A DNA stretch of 64,000 nt from contig PDIP01000103.1 in the NCBI GenBank assembly GCA_002811645.1, forward strand, positions 18,563 through 82,562, written 5' to 3'. The stretch's first letter is position 1, and each line of letters opens with the position of its first letter. The DNA is from Corallochytrium limacisporum Hawaii. Lineage: Eukaryota > Protista > Pluriformea. Under the pieces are notes generated by a model, which saw nothing but the letters and a program-made list of their open reading frames with translations, did no database searches and had not been told where the DNA came from. This document shows, piece by piece, positions 11,143 to 23,110 of this stretch. The translations under genes and the position numbers were made by a program.

Positions 11143-12239
11143 AGTTTCTCTCCTTGGTTACAATCTTTGCACTCTTTCTACTACGACACCATGGCGATTG
11201 TTCCCTTGTCGTTCCGGGCCGAATCCAAAATATAAACAAAATCCTCTATCTTTGTTTCGAGTTCAATGTCACGACATTTTCGTGTTTCCATATCATGGCT
11301 GTAATACCTGTTTCCGACGCTCACCAATCTCACAGCTTAACCACCCGGACACAGCAGCGCCTTTCCAGAACAGCATCAAGTGCGCGGGACATTCCGATGG
11401 TCTGGGTTGGGTTGCCCCGGGGAGGAGGGAGGGGAGGGGGGCCACCGCGAACGCACATTTGCAGTCTTGGGTCCTCCGCTGCACGCCCGCAACATAGAGC
11501 CTACTACGTTCTGCCATACCCAGCAGTCCTTCTCACAAACGCGAGCCAAGCGCTCCGGACTCCCCCTTCCCACTGGGGCTCCCAGAAAGCCAATCTTCCC
11601 ATCCGGTACCGTACTACTGCACTGCTGTGGCTACGGGGTCCATTATGCACGATACACCGGGCGCTCCATTGACCCCAAGCCTGAGCCGCGCGCGCAAACA
11701 CACACCGTAGAAGAGGGGGCAGCACCAGGGAAAAAGAATAAAAAAAAAAAAACCAAAAAGGAAAGGGAAAGAAAATAGGCCCCTGAAGGTGGAGCAATTT
11801 CCCTCCTGGAGGAGCATGACAGGGCGTGAAGTGTGTACATATTCGATACAATCGAATGAAGCAGACGACGGCGGGCAACCGGCCCGCGAATCTAAGACAA
11901 GGGACTAAAGATCCACCATGGTGTCAAAGAGAACTAAAATGGTATGTATGTAATGTGTAAACGAACAGATACGAGACGGGCACTGAAAAGAGATGCAAGG
12001 CAAAAGGAAGAACAAAAACAGGAGGAATACCTGCCCGCTCTCTCGTGTGCCGCGCTATTGATGTGTAGCTTCTGTCAATTCCGCTTTTCAAAAACTGCGC
12101 TATGCGCATACTTGTGGAGGATGAACATGGTGTGAACACTGGAGTGATCCTGTGTTACTTCCGGACTGGTGTTTTCTCAATATGACGTGAACTAATCTGC
12201 TGAGCTCCTGGCCCAGGGTCTTATGTACCGGGAGGAACC

Positions 12240-13085
12240 CTAGCATGCCTCAGCTTCCTTTTGTTGGGCCATAAACTGCTTGTACTGGAGGTGGCACTCG
12301 TTAATGACGTTGATAGCATAGTCTTGGTCCTTGCATTCCCCGTCAAAGCAGTACTTGTTCTCTGGCTTGCCATCGACGGTCTTGTACAAACGGTACCAGT
12401 TGCGAATTTCGTCAATGACCTCGGGCTTTTCCCGCTTCAGATCCTCGAGAGTATTCAATACCGGTGCCATTTCATCGTCAGTCTTGATACAGATCACCTT
12501 CCAGTCGCACTCTCCCTCGTCGATTAATCCAAGGATGCCGAGGGGCTTCACGGGAGTCACGCACCCCACGCCCAGGGTCTTTGATCCAATCTCTACTACA
12601 TCAATGGGGTCAGCGTCTCCCCTCAGGCCAGTTTCGTTGATTTCGTTGGGGTCTTCGTAGGTCTGAGGCAGCATGCCGTAGTTGTGCAGAACAGGCCCAT
12701 AGCTAATCTTGCGAGGCTTGCCGTTCTTGACATCCACCTTAATGGGCGTCATCGGTTCTGTAAGGTTGACTTCACACTTGTCCTGTGTTCCCCGTGGCAT
12801 CTCGCAGACAAAGTTAAACACATTTCCTGCCCCGTTAGCCTTCAGGGGGATGTCATGCCAGATGGAAATGGTTTCACGCTTAATGCAATCCCGCATGAGT
12901 ACTTTGTAGTCCAGTGTTCCCTCGTCACCGCTTACCTTCACAGCGTATCGGGGTGTACCCTTGGCCTGCAGGGCAAAGTGCCGGGTGGCCACAGCCCCGC
13001 ACGCTGGTGCTACCATCTTACGTCCAAGCTGCTGTGCATGCCTGGACATTTGTAGGGTAGCACGGTTTGCTACCAAAGAGAGCAT
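12240..13085 (-). CDS. Family I soluble inorganic pyrophosphatase, probably mitochondrial, 281 aa
   Basis: ISIWHDIPL, EMPRGT..K.E, NYGMLPQTYEDP, GDADPIDVVEIG, DEGECDWK and YK..DGKPEN motifs. The N-terminus is basic and lacks acidic residues, like a presequence. Confidence 0.95.
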   Translation of the reverse strand: MLSLVANRATLQMSRHAQQLGRKMVAPACGAVATRHFALQAKGTPRYAVKVSGDEGTLDYKVLMRDCIKRETISIWHDIPLKANGAGNVFNFVCEMPRGTQDKCEVNLTEPMTPIKVDVKNGKPRKISYGPVLHNYGMLPQTYEDPNEINETGLRGDADPIDVVEIGSKTLGVGCVTPVKPLGILGLIDEGECDWKVICIKTDDEMAPVLNTLEDLKREKPEVIDEIRNWYRLYKTVDGKPENKYCFDGECKDQDYAINVINECHLQYKQFMAQQKEAEAC

Positions 13086-13636
13086 GTTGATCCCTTCCTT
13101 TTCTGTTTCCCTTTTTGATTTTATGAAGCGTACTCGCTATCTGTCTTTTATGTCTAGTGCCAAGAATGTTAATTTCCGGCGCAAAAACTTATTCCGAATT
13201 AATTCCGGCTATCGCTATTCAGCTTTCCCGTCGTGATTGTGTCTATGACTAATCATGTAAATCCCACGTGAATTGAAGGTAACTTCGGCACTTCAAACAC
13301 CTTCCCAGTGCTTCCTATATTCAGTGTCCACCCGGAAACAGTGACCAAGGGGTGAAGAAATTCTAGTAAGCCACATTGTCGGAACGGTTTGCGAGTTTCC
13401 AGCCCAGAAGCCATCATCTTGCGCACTTCTCAAAACTTCTTGAAACTTTGAGGTCGCTCTCCCCAGGCCGCACCAGCGCCGAGACGTTTTGTTTTCTTGG
13501 CCACCAGAGCCCGATGGCCAATCCGGGACCGTGTGCGAGTCATAGTATTGGGCCCTTCTCTCCCAAACCCCCCCCCCTTCCCCTTCTCTGGGCTTCGGAT
13601 CCCCTTGGGTGGGTGGGATGGTTCCCCCGGGAGAAA

Positions 13637-13833
13637 NNNNNNNNNNNNNNNNNNNNNNNNNNNNNNNNNNNNNNNNNNNNNNNNNNNNNNNNNNNNNNNN
13701 NNNNNNNNNNNNNNNNNNNNNNNNNNNNNNNNNNNNNNNNNNNNNNNNNNNNNNNNNNNNNNNNNNNNNNNNNNNNNNNNNNNNNNNNNNNNNNNNNNNN
13801 NNNNNNNNNNNNNNNNNNNNNNNNNNNNNNNNN
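13637..13833. other. Assembly gap (N run)
   Basis: Ns, flanked on both sides by near-identical ~43-nt sequence. Confidence 0.99.
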
Positions 13834-14383
13834 TCGGATCCCCTTGGGTGGGTGGGAGGGTTCCCGCGGGAGAAAACCCCTCATCGGTGCGGTCCCGCAC
13901 TCCCCCTCCCCCCCCCTTCCTGGGGACTAAGTCTATTTTTCTTTTTTGTCGCCTTCGCGCGCGCGTGGTTCTCCACTACCCTCACCTCCCCTTCCATACT
14001 TTCCGCGCCTCTTTTTTTTCATAATGAATATATTGAGATTTGGGCTTCCGGCTGGATGCATATTCTAAAAATGTGCTCCTCCTTGGGGATCCAAAGCATT
14101 CTTCTTCTCCCCCCCCCCCAAACCTCCTCCTCCTTTTCTCCTTTCTTTCCCCCGGGGCAGACCAACTTCAAAACAGTCGGGATGCTGTTGTACAGCATAG
14201 CTGCGTGTTCGAGATAAAAAGTGACGGCGTGTTCCTTCAACCGCGCTCACCGGGTATTACTTTTTCCGATTTTGTGTACTTAATTTGCCAAAACCCAACT
14301 ATTTTTTTCTTGTTTGGCACGGTCTGCTGACGCGATTCCCACTACGAAGCGGCTAACGTAACGGCACACGACAGACGAAAACC

Positions 14384-14442
14384 AGGAAAAAATATGGTAT
14401 AGTTCCTACCATGAAGGCAGGTCAACAAAAAACTTCAGGGCA
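14384..14442 (+). repeat. Copy A of a ~37-60 nt inverted repeat (partner 15855-15919)
   Basis: AGGAAAAAATATGGTATAGTTCCTACCATGAAGGCAG matches the reverse complement of 15883-15919 at 36/37 nt. Similarity continues (GTCAACAA..TCAGGGCA). Confidence 0.9.
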
Positions 14443-15854
14443 GACCAATGCATAGGATGGATCCTAGGACAGCCACAAACGAAGAAAAAAACACTTGCTA
14501 AGCCGACGAATTTCGGCATACGACCTCCAAAAATTTCCAGAAACCATTGTCGGTTGAGTAGTCGATGAAGGCCCCTTTACTGGAAGTATTGGCGGCTCCG
14601 TGTGCTGATCGGCCATCAGACTGGAAGGGGATTCCCCAAGGGACAGGCCGCGGAGAAGCCAAGAGAGAGGAGGGCCACAGAGAAGACATCATGCGAATAA
14701 AGGAATGGCTTGGTGTTGATTGGAAGGAAAGGGAATGGGACATAAAAGGTCTCGAAAGAAGTCGAACCTTTTCGCGAAAAGCACGGGAACAAATAAAAAC
14801 TAAACCGGCGCAAACAAAAAAAAATAATCAAAATTTCAAGAACCCGGAAAAGAAACGTTCGGTAGACGAAGAGCAGCTAAACAACCGTAAGATCCGCCAC
14901 CTACCGAACCAGCGAGGACACATCCGACAAGCATTCCACTACCTGGGCACCACCAAGGCCGTACATCATCACCATCTCCTATTATCTTTCGTGCTTCTCC
15001 CTTTCTCTCTAATTCTTGGGTTATTTATTGTTCTCAACTGTCCCGGGGTTGTATGCCCCCGTGCTTTGCAGTGCTGCATGTCTTAGATCGCCCGTGCCAG
15101 TCACGAGACCTTTGAAGGGGGGGGGCCCGGCGGGGAGGGGCGAACGACTGGCTGTTGTCAATCGATGAACGGTCGCGAAAAAAAAGAAAAGAAAGAAAGA
15201 AAAGACCGGCCCGCCGAGGCTCCTCCTTGTCCTGTACCCATACAAAACAACCGCACTGGGGGGTGGGGGACCGGCCAATGGCTTTCTTCTCCCAGCCCAC
15301 CACCAAAAGCAGAGCGGGGTGGGGTAGATTGCCAAAAATAAATCACCGCTTCGCCTGCAGCATCTCCACCGGGGTCCGGGGAACTCGGGAAACGAGAGCG
15401 AATGGCGAGGGGAGGGGAGGGGCGCGCGAAGGTGGTCCCCCCGTTTCGTGAGGGGTTGATGGATCAAGAAAAGAAAGGGACGCATACATTTACTACTATA
15501 ACAGAGGAATAGAACACACCAACTGCAATTCGTGGATAGTTTTACTTTTTCTTTTTTCTTCCTTTTTTTCTTTGTGTTGGCTGTCGTCCATGTGTGTGTG
15601 TGTGTCAGTGACGTTATTTCGGTGGGCCGCCTGTTCAGTATTCCGGAGAACAAGGGACTGCTTGCACACACACCTCTCTTGCAAGAGCCGCGGGTAGGGA
15701 GAGAGGAAGATTTTGGAGCCCCGCGGGAGGGGGGGGAGGGAGAGGAATGGTCTCGGGGCTGATGGTGATCAACCACTGCGGTATATACGCCTTGGCGGGC
15801 GGTCCCGCAGATTTGGCCGCTCCCCTGTCTCCGGGAGAGGTCCTCTTGAGATGA

Positions 15855-15919
15855 TGCCCTGAGTGTTTCTTTATTGTTGACACTGCCTTCATGATAGGAA
15901 CTATACCATATTTTTTCCT
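15855..15919 (-). repeat. Copy B of the inverted repeat (partner 14384-14442)
   Basis: Reverse complement reads AGGAAAAAATATGGTATAGTTCCTATCATGAAGGCAGTGTCAACAA..CTCAGGGCA. Confidence 0.9.
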
Positions 15920-17587
15920 TCTTTTCTTGTTGGTGCTTTGGTCGGGGTTTTGGTCGGATCCAGTTGTTCTGGATCAATGCTGTCGCTGACGCACGGGTGC
16001 TCTCTGTTCCAGCAGTGGTCCCCGCTGTCCGTCCAGCAGCACGGATCCTTAAAAGAAAGTCAGCAAAATGAAATTCGTCGTTTTTTCCTCTTTTTTTCTT
16101 TTTCGACCGACGCAGACCGAAAGGCACGGGATCGAGTGGTGGTGGGTAAGGGGCACAGCCCGGACTGCAGCAAGCACGAATTGCCTCTCCTCCCGGTGTC
16201 GTTGAGTGCCAATTCGCCCATTGTTTTACCATAGAGAACCAATCGGGAATCTGGGAAAATGGGACAGCAGACAAAAAGCAGTTGACGTTGCAAAATATTC
16301 TCGACGGCCCTTCCCTTCTGTTCGCACGCGGCTCTCCATCGTTGTCCTTCCTTGAATCGGGAGACGGTGTGGTGTCCCGTTCGCAAGTCTTGGAAACCCA
16401 GAACGCGGGCGGCAATAGTTTCATATATTTACCTAGCAGATGATCGTCATATCACTTGGGCACACCAAAACGACACCCAGGTGAAAACCCATCAAGAGCG
16501 AATAGAGGAGAGAGCGGGACAAGAGAGAAAAGAGATCGGTGGGCGGCCTGGGACCAGGTGATAGATACCTTTTATTGCCGACGATTGCGGCACTCCTGGC
16601 ATGCTGGACTATAGCTCACACCGCCCAGAGGGGACTTAAAGAGGTTGTCGTCTGTGAGAAACTACGACATTGACAAAGATCTCTCTGGGCGGATCATCGC
16701 TGATTGCGCTCCCATGCACTTTGCATATCTTGGGTGCACTGTGCCACTGCGCCGTCTGGCACACTTCCATCTAGTGATGTCGGAAAACACACTGGTTACG
16801 CGGGTGCATCTAATTCTGTGACAATGTGCCGGAACACGAAGGAATACAGTGGAATTTGTGGAGCAAGAAGGAACACGGCCCCGAATTCCCGGAGCGTGTG
16901 TGGATCTACTGTAATTCAGTGCTCGACACATCGAACCGCGATCATTCATGCGACCGCGGAAACAAAATACAACTGAGGAAATCGTCAGCCATGTGGCCGG
17001 AGTTTTCTGTTTGAGCCACCCTTCCAGGGCCTGACAGTCGTTGTCCGGCCGCCCATAGTGCGGGATTGTCGCCCATTTCCGCCCCCCCCCCCCTTTTCCC
17101 GGGGTCCCTTTGTCTCATAGTACCACCAGCTTTTGGGACTTCAGATCCGGGAGTCTATTTTCAGTTGCACCGCTCTCTGCCCGGTAGCTGGCTCCGGAAT
17201 TAGGGTGGTTGCTAATACTGTTAGGGCATCAGCTTAATTGTGCACTCCCCCTACTTTGCCGCCCTTGTGGGGGAGCTGGGGGACGGCTGATCTTGGGCGG
17301 GAGAAACCGCTTAAGCTAGCAGCCAGTTCCAGGCGGAGTCCACAAATCTGCGAACCCAGTCGATGGTGAAGGCGCAGGTATTCTGAGCGCTAAACAACTT
17401 TTAAAATCTTCTTAACCTGGCAGAGTTTAAATAGCAATTATTTGAGTTCTATATGCAGAATGTGTGAAGAAGTGAGGACGGATTTAGTCTACTGAAGTTT
17501 TTGTGTGTCCTGAAGGAGTACTCTGGAAACAATGTAGGCAAACAAACGGAGCGTGTCACTAAAATTTAAAGACAAGAGGCTAAGAGC

Positions 17588-19180
17588 ATGATCTTCGAGC
17601 TTCCTCGACCAGATATTGAGCCTGAAAGGCTTATGCAATTACAAACTTTTATTTTCCAAAAGTCAGGTGGGACGGCGCCTCGCACCGTACACAATAAGAG
17701 TGCAGCCCAGTTGGCTGCAGGCCTACATGTGCTGTCAGACCGGGACCGGCAGACCTCTGTACAGATTGCGCACCGCAACTCCATTACGCAAGCCAAGGAA
17801 GAATCGGCGAGTAAGGAAGGCGAATCCAAACAGGATGACGACACCAAGGACGAGGATTTGAAATTGGAACAGATCAAACGCATGACCCAGGCGGAAAAGG
17901 ACGCCCGGAAAACAGAACTTCAGAGCAAATTGGACGAATTGGCGGCAGAGAAACAGAAACTTTTTGATCAACTGAAACATGCGCTGCAGGAGGATCAAGA
18001 GGACCAGGCTGCGGGATCCAAGGAAGGTACCGCTATCCAAACGCCGGCTCTGACACCACGGAGCCCACGAGATCAGTTTGAGTTTGACAATGAACAGGAG
18101 GCAGGCTCGCAGGGTACTGATATGGGCGCTTCGGAAGCGGGACCTGTGACAGTCCCTGCAATGGCCATGGGTGGCGTGGCCAGCGTTGCTGCGGGTTCAC
18201 TGATGAGCTCGCCACGTGGATCATCATCCCTGCTGAAGCAGGTCAGCCCGTCCGCAGCCGCCACCCGGGCAGCTCTATCTCACCAGGGCGGGGTTATGCC
18301 CATGTCGTATGGACGCATGCCACCATCGTCTATGTCAGGGGCTGGCGGGCGAACACCACCTCACATACCAGTCGGCGCACCACTCCCGGGACACGACCAC
18401 GGACTTAACCCGTACCGTCGTGGCTCCCTGAAAATGTCCATGGACCAGCCACCCCCTGCCGAAATCCCCCCATCAGGATACGCCGATCGCGCTGCCAATA
18501 GTCAAGGGTTTCGGCGCCGGTTCCAGTCCGAGACAGGCTCCGTGGATCCGCACTCTGCTCCGCCCTTGGAACCGGGTCAGCTGCCCGGCAGCACAGTATC
18601 GGGCACTTCGGGCGGACAGGCCAGTCTACGTGCGTCGCGCGAGGATGCGCCTCTCGGTAGTTCAGGCGGTCCGCCTCGCTTCCCAGGCGGTGGTCCCAGT
18701 GACCGTCCGTACGGTCCGCCCCCGGGAGGGGAAGATGGTTACGGCTATCGTCGGCGCATGAGTGAGCGCGACTACTTCCATGACCGTGACCGCAGGGGGC
18801 CACCACCGGGTCCAGGAGGACGTCCGTACGAGCGTGACCGCCGTGATCGTGACTGGGACAGGGACAGAGACCGTGGTGGCGGCCCCATGCGCGGACCGCC
18901 ACCTCCAGGCGACGACCGCTACAGAGATCGGGACCGAGATGATGCTGGCCCGCCGGGTGGCTACGACCGCCGTGATAGGGATTATGGCGGGGGCTGGGAC
19001 CGTGACCGCGACCGCTACCGTCGAGGCGGCGATCGTCGCTTCTACCGTGGTGGTGGTGGTTACGGGCCTCCACGCGAGCCGCGTGACCCGCGCGATCCGC
19101 GCGACTATGGTGACTCTCGCGGAGGCCGTGGTGGTCGCAGGCCGTTCTTCCGCGGTCGTGGCCGTGGTGCCCCTTACTGA
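17588..19180 (+). CDS. GPS2-like coiled-coil protein with long RGG/RD/Pro-rich tail, 530 aa
   Basis: RMTQAEKDARKTELQSKLDELAAEKQKLFDQLKHALQE resembles the GPS2 coil (RMSLEE..LEEKL..LQEEKHQLFLQLKKVLHE, from memory). N-terminal LPRPDI resembles LERPKL. Ends RGRGRGAPY. The CDS is solid; the family call is moderate. Confidence 0.7.
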   Translation: MIFELPRPDIEPERLMQLQTFIFQKSGGTAPRTVHNKSAAQLAAGLHVLSDRDRQTSVQIAHRNSITQAKEESASKEGESKQDDDTKDEDLKLEQIKRMTQAEKDARKTELQSKLDELAAEKQKLFDQLKHALQEDQEDQAAGSKEGTAIQTPALTPRSPRDQFEFDNEQEAGSQGTDMGASEAGPVTVPAMAMGGVASVAAGSLMSSPRGSSSLLKQVSPSAAATRAALSHQGGVMPMSYGRMPPSSMSGAGGRTPPHIPVGAPLPGHDHGLNPYRRGSLKMSMDQPPPAEIPPSGYADRAANSQGFRRRFQSETGSVDPHSAPPLEPGQLPGSTVSGTSGGQASLRASREDAPLGSSGGPPRFPGGGPSDRPYGPPPGGEDGYGYRRRMSERDYFHDRDRRGPPPGPGGRPYERDRRDRDWDRDRDRGGGPMRGPPPPGDDRYRDRDRDDAGPPGGYDRRDRDYGGGWDRDRDRYRRGGDRRFYRGGGGYGPPREPRDPRDPRDYGDSRGGRGGRRPFFRGRGRGAPY

Positions 19181-19797
19181 ATGCAGCATCGTGTGTCTGG
19201 TGGTGCCCCAGTACTGAAGAATACAGAACATATCTAATTTGGTTCACCAGTGACTCTCAGGAGAATAGAAAAGGCCTCAACCCCCCCCCTTTTTCCCTGG
19301 GGGTTTTTTCCTTCCCAAGAAGCAGAGGCCGGCTGGCCGCAGCGGCCCATGTGATTTTGCAGATATCCAGGACTATTAAGATCCTAGACACTTAGGTCTT
19401 AGCCGGAACCATTCTGAATGTACGAGAGTTCCGGCACCAGGTCGGGGAGAGTCCGCTTTATTTGTACCCTGGTTTTGGGGGCGGGGAACTCGTGGAGGAG
19501 CCGTGATTTTGGTGGCTGTCGCTCCGTTGGTTGGACACTCCGCCAGATTTTGATCGAAATCGTCACTACCAAGCACATTGTGGCCCGAAACACAGAAACG
19601 CAAAATCCTTAAGTCTGAAGCTTTCAGCATGGGTGGAGCTTGAAGGTGTTTGATAGGTGAGCGCCAGGTACAAGATAAAGATCATTGCTTTCCAATTTAC
19701 TGAAAATTTGGCACCGTCAGCGAGCACCGAACGGACCTCGAAGGATGTGATTGTAGGGCTTAATAACCAATCATCATATAAGACTGTCAACAGAACC

Positions 19798-21537
19798 ATG
19801 CAATACCCTGTTCTACGATTACATGGTCTCCGGACCTCTCAAATCAATGGGACAGGAGCCAACCTCTTGCGACCGACGCTACTCGGGTTCGGGAGGGGTG
19901 CTGCGTCGTACCATTCGTCCACGGGTCCATGGAATCGCCAGGGATTCCGCCGCCCCAGCAACCGATGGCTATCACAGAGTGCGAGCGCTGTCGCTACAGA
20001 AAGCACCGGTCAGCCTCTGCCGTTCTCACACCCGCACCTTTTTGACAATGACCGGCATCTTGCACCGGGCTTTACTAGCGAAGAGTTTGCCCTGCGAAGG
20101 TCTACACTCATGAAACGCCTCGCCACAAACAGTCGGTTCACTGCGGCTCCTTTAGAAGATGGTAGTCTACGTGTTGCTGCCATTGTTTTTGGCAATGCCA
20201 CTGCCACCATGACTAATGACATTCCCTACGTCTTCCGGCAGCACTCGGACTTCTTCTACCTCACGGGATTCGACGAACCTGGAGCAGTGCTCCTGCTGCA
20301 GGCCACGGTCTCCGGTGCGGGTCACACCACGACAATGAGTGACAGTGAGAACGTCGAACAACGAATCGGGTTCGGTACTACAGCATGGGGCACCACACCA
20401 TCTTCTATTGAAGATGAGCAACTGGAAGTGTACATGACAATGTTCGTGCCGCCGAAGGATCCGGAGCGAGAGATGTGGGACGGACCCCGCACTGGTATTC
20501 AGGGAGCGATGCAGTATTTTGGTGCGGATGAAGCATTCTCCACTTCAGAAACGGTGCATCGGATCGCATCGACGCTGGATGCTCGAAAGACACAAGCGGT
20601 TTACATTAGCCAACCCTGCATACAGAGCGCGGACCATTTGGGTGTCACGGCGGGTGTGCGCCAGGCGCTTCAGCAGCAGCAGGAGAGCCGGCCCACGTTG
20701 CAACTGATGGGCATCGACGATGTCGTAGAGAGCATGCGGGTCATTAAGACACCCGCAGAAATTAGACAATTACACAAAGTCTGCGATGTGAGTGCAGAGG
20801 CAGTCCACGAGGTAATGCGAGCGACCAAGCCAGGTATTGGTGAGCACTATCTCAGTGCTAGACTTGAGTATGAGTGCCGTAGCCGCGGGTGTGCGCGCTT
20901 GGCCTACCCTCCGGTTGTGGCTGCCGGTAACAATGCCAACACTCTGCACTACGTGAGCAACGACCAAATCTGCCATGACGGCGACCTGATCCTAATGGAC
21001 GGCGGGGGTGAGTTGGGATACTACTCCGCCGATATCACGCGCGTGTGGCCTGTTAACGGCAAGTTCTCCAAGCCTCAAGCAGATATTTACGATGCAGTAT
21101 TGAACGCACAGAAACAGATCATTGAGGCCGCAGGGCGACCGAACACAAGCCTCGACGGGTTGCACCGACTTAGCATGGAGCTCCTCGCGGAAGAGTTGCG
21201 AAAGTTGGGGATCTTGCCAGCATCCGCGCCCAGTGCGACGATGGCGCATCTCATGCGCAAATTTTACCCGCACCACGTTGGGCACTGGCTTGGTATGGAC
21301 GTGCATGACACTGGATCTGTGTCCCGGGCCATGTCACTGCGTCCTGGGATGGTGGTCACCATCGAACCCGGTCTTTACTTCCCAAAGGACAGTCGCGACA
21401 TACCCGAAGAATACCGCGGCATTGGAATCCGCATTGAGGACGATGTATTGATTGAGGGTGAAAATCAGGTGAGTGTTTTGACCGAACGGTGCGTCAAGGA
21501 ACGCGATGCCATTGAGGACCTCATGCGGTCTCCTTGA
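19798..21537 (+). CDS. XPNPEP3: Mitochondrial Xaa-Pro aminopeptidase 3 / intermediate cleaving peptidase ICP55 (M24B)
   Basis: GQPLPFSHPHL, FRQHSDFFYLTG, WDGPRTG, and metal-ligand motifs DGGG..YSADITR, HHVGHWLGMDVHD, EPG, GIRIEDD. Start placed at the first ATG, 19798 (ACCATG), which opens an Arg-rich presequence. Confidence 0.93.
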   Translation: MQYPVLRLHGLRTSQINGTGANLLRPTLLGFGRGAASYHSSTGPWNRQGFRRPSNRWLSQSASAVATESTGQPLPFSHPHLFDNDRHLAPGFTSEEFALRRSTLMKRLATNSRFTAAPLEDGSLRVAAIVFGNATATMTNDIPYVFRQHSDFFYLTGFDEPGAVLLLQATVSGAGHTTTMSDSENVEQRIGFGTTAWGTTPSSIEDEQLEVYMTMFVPPKDPEREMWDGPRTGIQGAMQYFGADEAFSTSETVHRIASTLDARKTQAVYISQPCIQSADHLGVTAGVRQALQQQQESRPTLQLMGIDDVVESMRVIKTPAEIRQLHKVCDVSAEAVHEVMRATKPGIGEHYLSARLEYECRSRGCARLAYPPVVAAGNNANTLHYVSNDQICHDGDLILMDGGGELGYYSADITRVWPVNGKFSKPQADIYDAVLNAQKQIIEAAGRPNTSLDGLHRLSMELLAEELRKLGILPASAPSATMAHLMRKFYPHHVGHWLGMDVHDTGSVSRAMSLRPGMVVTIEPGLYFPKDSRDIPEEYRGIGIRIEDDVLIEGENQVSVLTERCVKERDAIEDLMRSP

Positions 21538-23110
21538 GTTCCCATCAATCAGAACAACTCCGCATATGCACCATCTGTACACTGCAGTCATATTCCAACA
21601 TAATCAACCACCACAAAGATCATCATCACTAAAGAAACCACCATCTCTGATATGTAGAGCCTCCTGACGTCTTTTTTTTATCCATTCCAGTATATAACAT
21701 GCGCTCGGCGACTCATTACAGTAGCGATTCCTTCGCTTCTGGATGCAGTGACACTCAGGGTGTAAGACAGCCTCGGTTCCATCCGCCACCTACGTCCCCC
21801 CTTTCTCGACCCATACCCGTATATTCAATTTGGTCCATTGTTAAATATAGCAACAGTCTCGAAAACCCGTCCCTTGTGAATGTACCAACCCCATCCAAAA
21901 CGGTAGTGAACACGGTTGGTAGCAAAAAAACCGGACCCCCCCCCCTAATCCCTCCCCTAGCCTTAGTCCCAAACGAGAAAACTAAGGGGAACCTGGGATC
22001 ACAAAGCTTTTCTGACACAAACACACACACACCACGGACCTGTGGTTGGTTGGGGCTCGGTCATTTTGTGCTTTTGCTTTCTCCCCCACACTTGCCCTGC
22101 CGGGGGATTGTTTTGCCTTTTTTTTTTTTTTTCTTCAGTGTTCCGAAAACGGGGGACCCCCCGGGAGGAGGGCAGGTGGGGAAGGGCGGCCAAATCCCGG
22201 GGTAACCAGCTGGTCAGTGTCTACCGGTACGGTACTTTTGGTTAGCTTGGGGGAGGCGGGTGTTGGGGGGTGTTTTTATTTTCTCCGTGCTTCCCGCCTT
22301 TTGACGCGCTTGCTGCTGCACTGCACCCTTGGCCTAGGGATGAATTGCTCCATACTCCCGTGTACTCTTTCCACGCCCGTGGTGCTGCGCCGGGGCACGG
22401 GGCCCTTGGAACAAGGGCCCCGAAACACACAAAAACGTCGAGGAGGCAGGCCTCTTATTTGATAGGGGCCTCCACACCAGCGGTCCACCACATCTGGGGG
22501 TCCTGTCACTTTTCATATTTTTTTTTCTCTTTGCTGCTGAGGGGGTGTATTGCCATCCCTCCCATCCCCATGACCGTTGGGACCATTTTCGTGCGGACCG
22601 TGGACATCAGCAGACCCAAGGCCAATGGTTTGGGACAACACGGGAGAACTGGAAACGGGTGATCCGGGAAGGAACAATAAACGGAAATTAAGAGATGACA
22701 AGGAAATCACTAACTGGTTTGCAAGAGTTCGAAACAAGGAGATTGACAGTGGAATGGAAGATAAGTGATGAGAGTGTCGAATGTTATATCCTCAGTTTAT
22801 CTTTCTTGGGTATCAGCGTGGAGAAACAACAGTCTTCTAGGAGATTGACGATGGTCCCTTTGTATCTTAATTTGAGATGCCGGCCTAGGATAACAGACGT
22901 AGGTAATTCAAGGTGTTTAGTGTGCCTATCTTACCGATCCTGTCACTAGAACGTCGGATGACAATGTCAAACAGCAGGAACGACGCAAAAGACTTAGATA
23001 TGCAGTCTTAGGGAACACCTTTAAAGACGGAAAGAAGGTATTAGGATCCATACTATTTCTTATATTTCGTCGGGAGTCATTCTTTACACCAGAGTAACAA
23101 CAACGAAAAG

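Noticed and set aside
13595-13876. Direct repeat (TCGGATCCCCTTGGGTGGGTGGGA...GGGAGAAA) either side of the N gap
   Set aside because: Duplicated contig ends around a scaffold gap; most likely an assembly artefact, not an LTR or target-site duplication.
15021-16424. 467-aa minus-strand ORF
   Set aside because: Composition reflects homopolymer runs (K, F, P tracts), no domain is recognisable, and codon usage is unlike the real genes.
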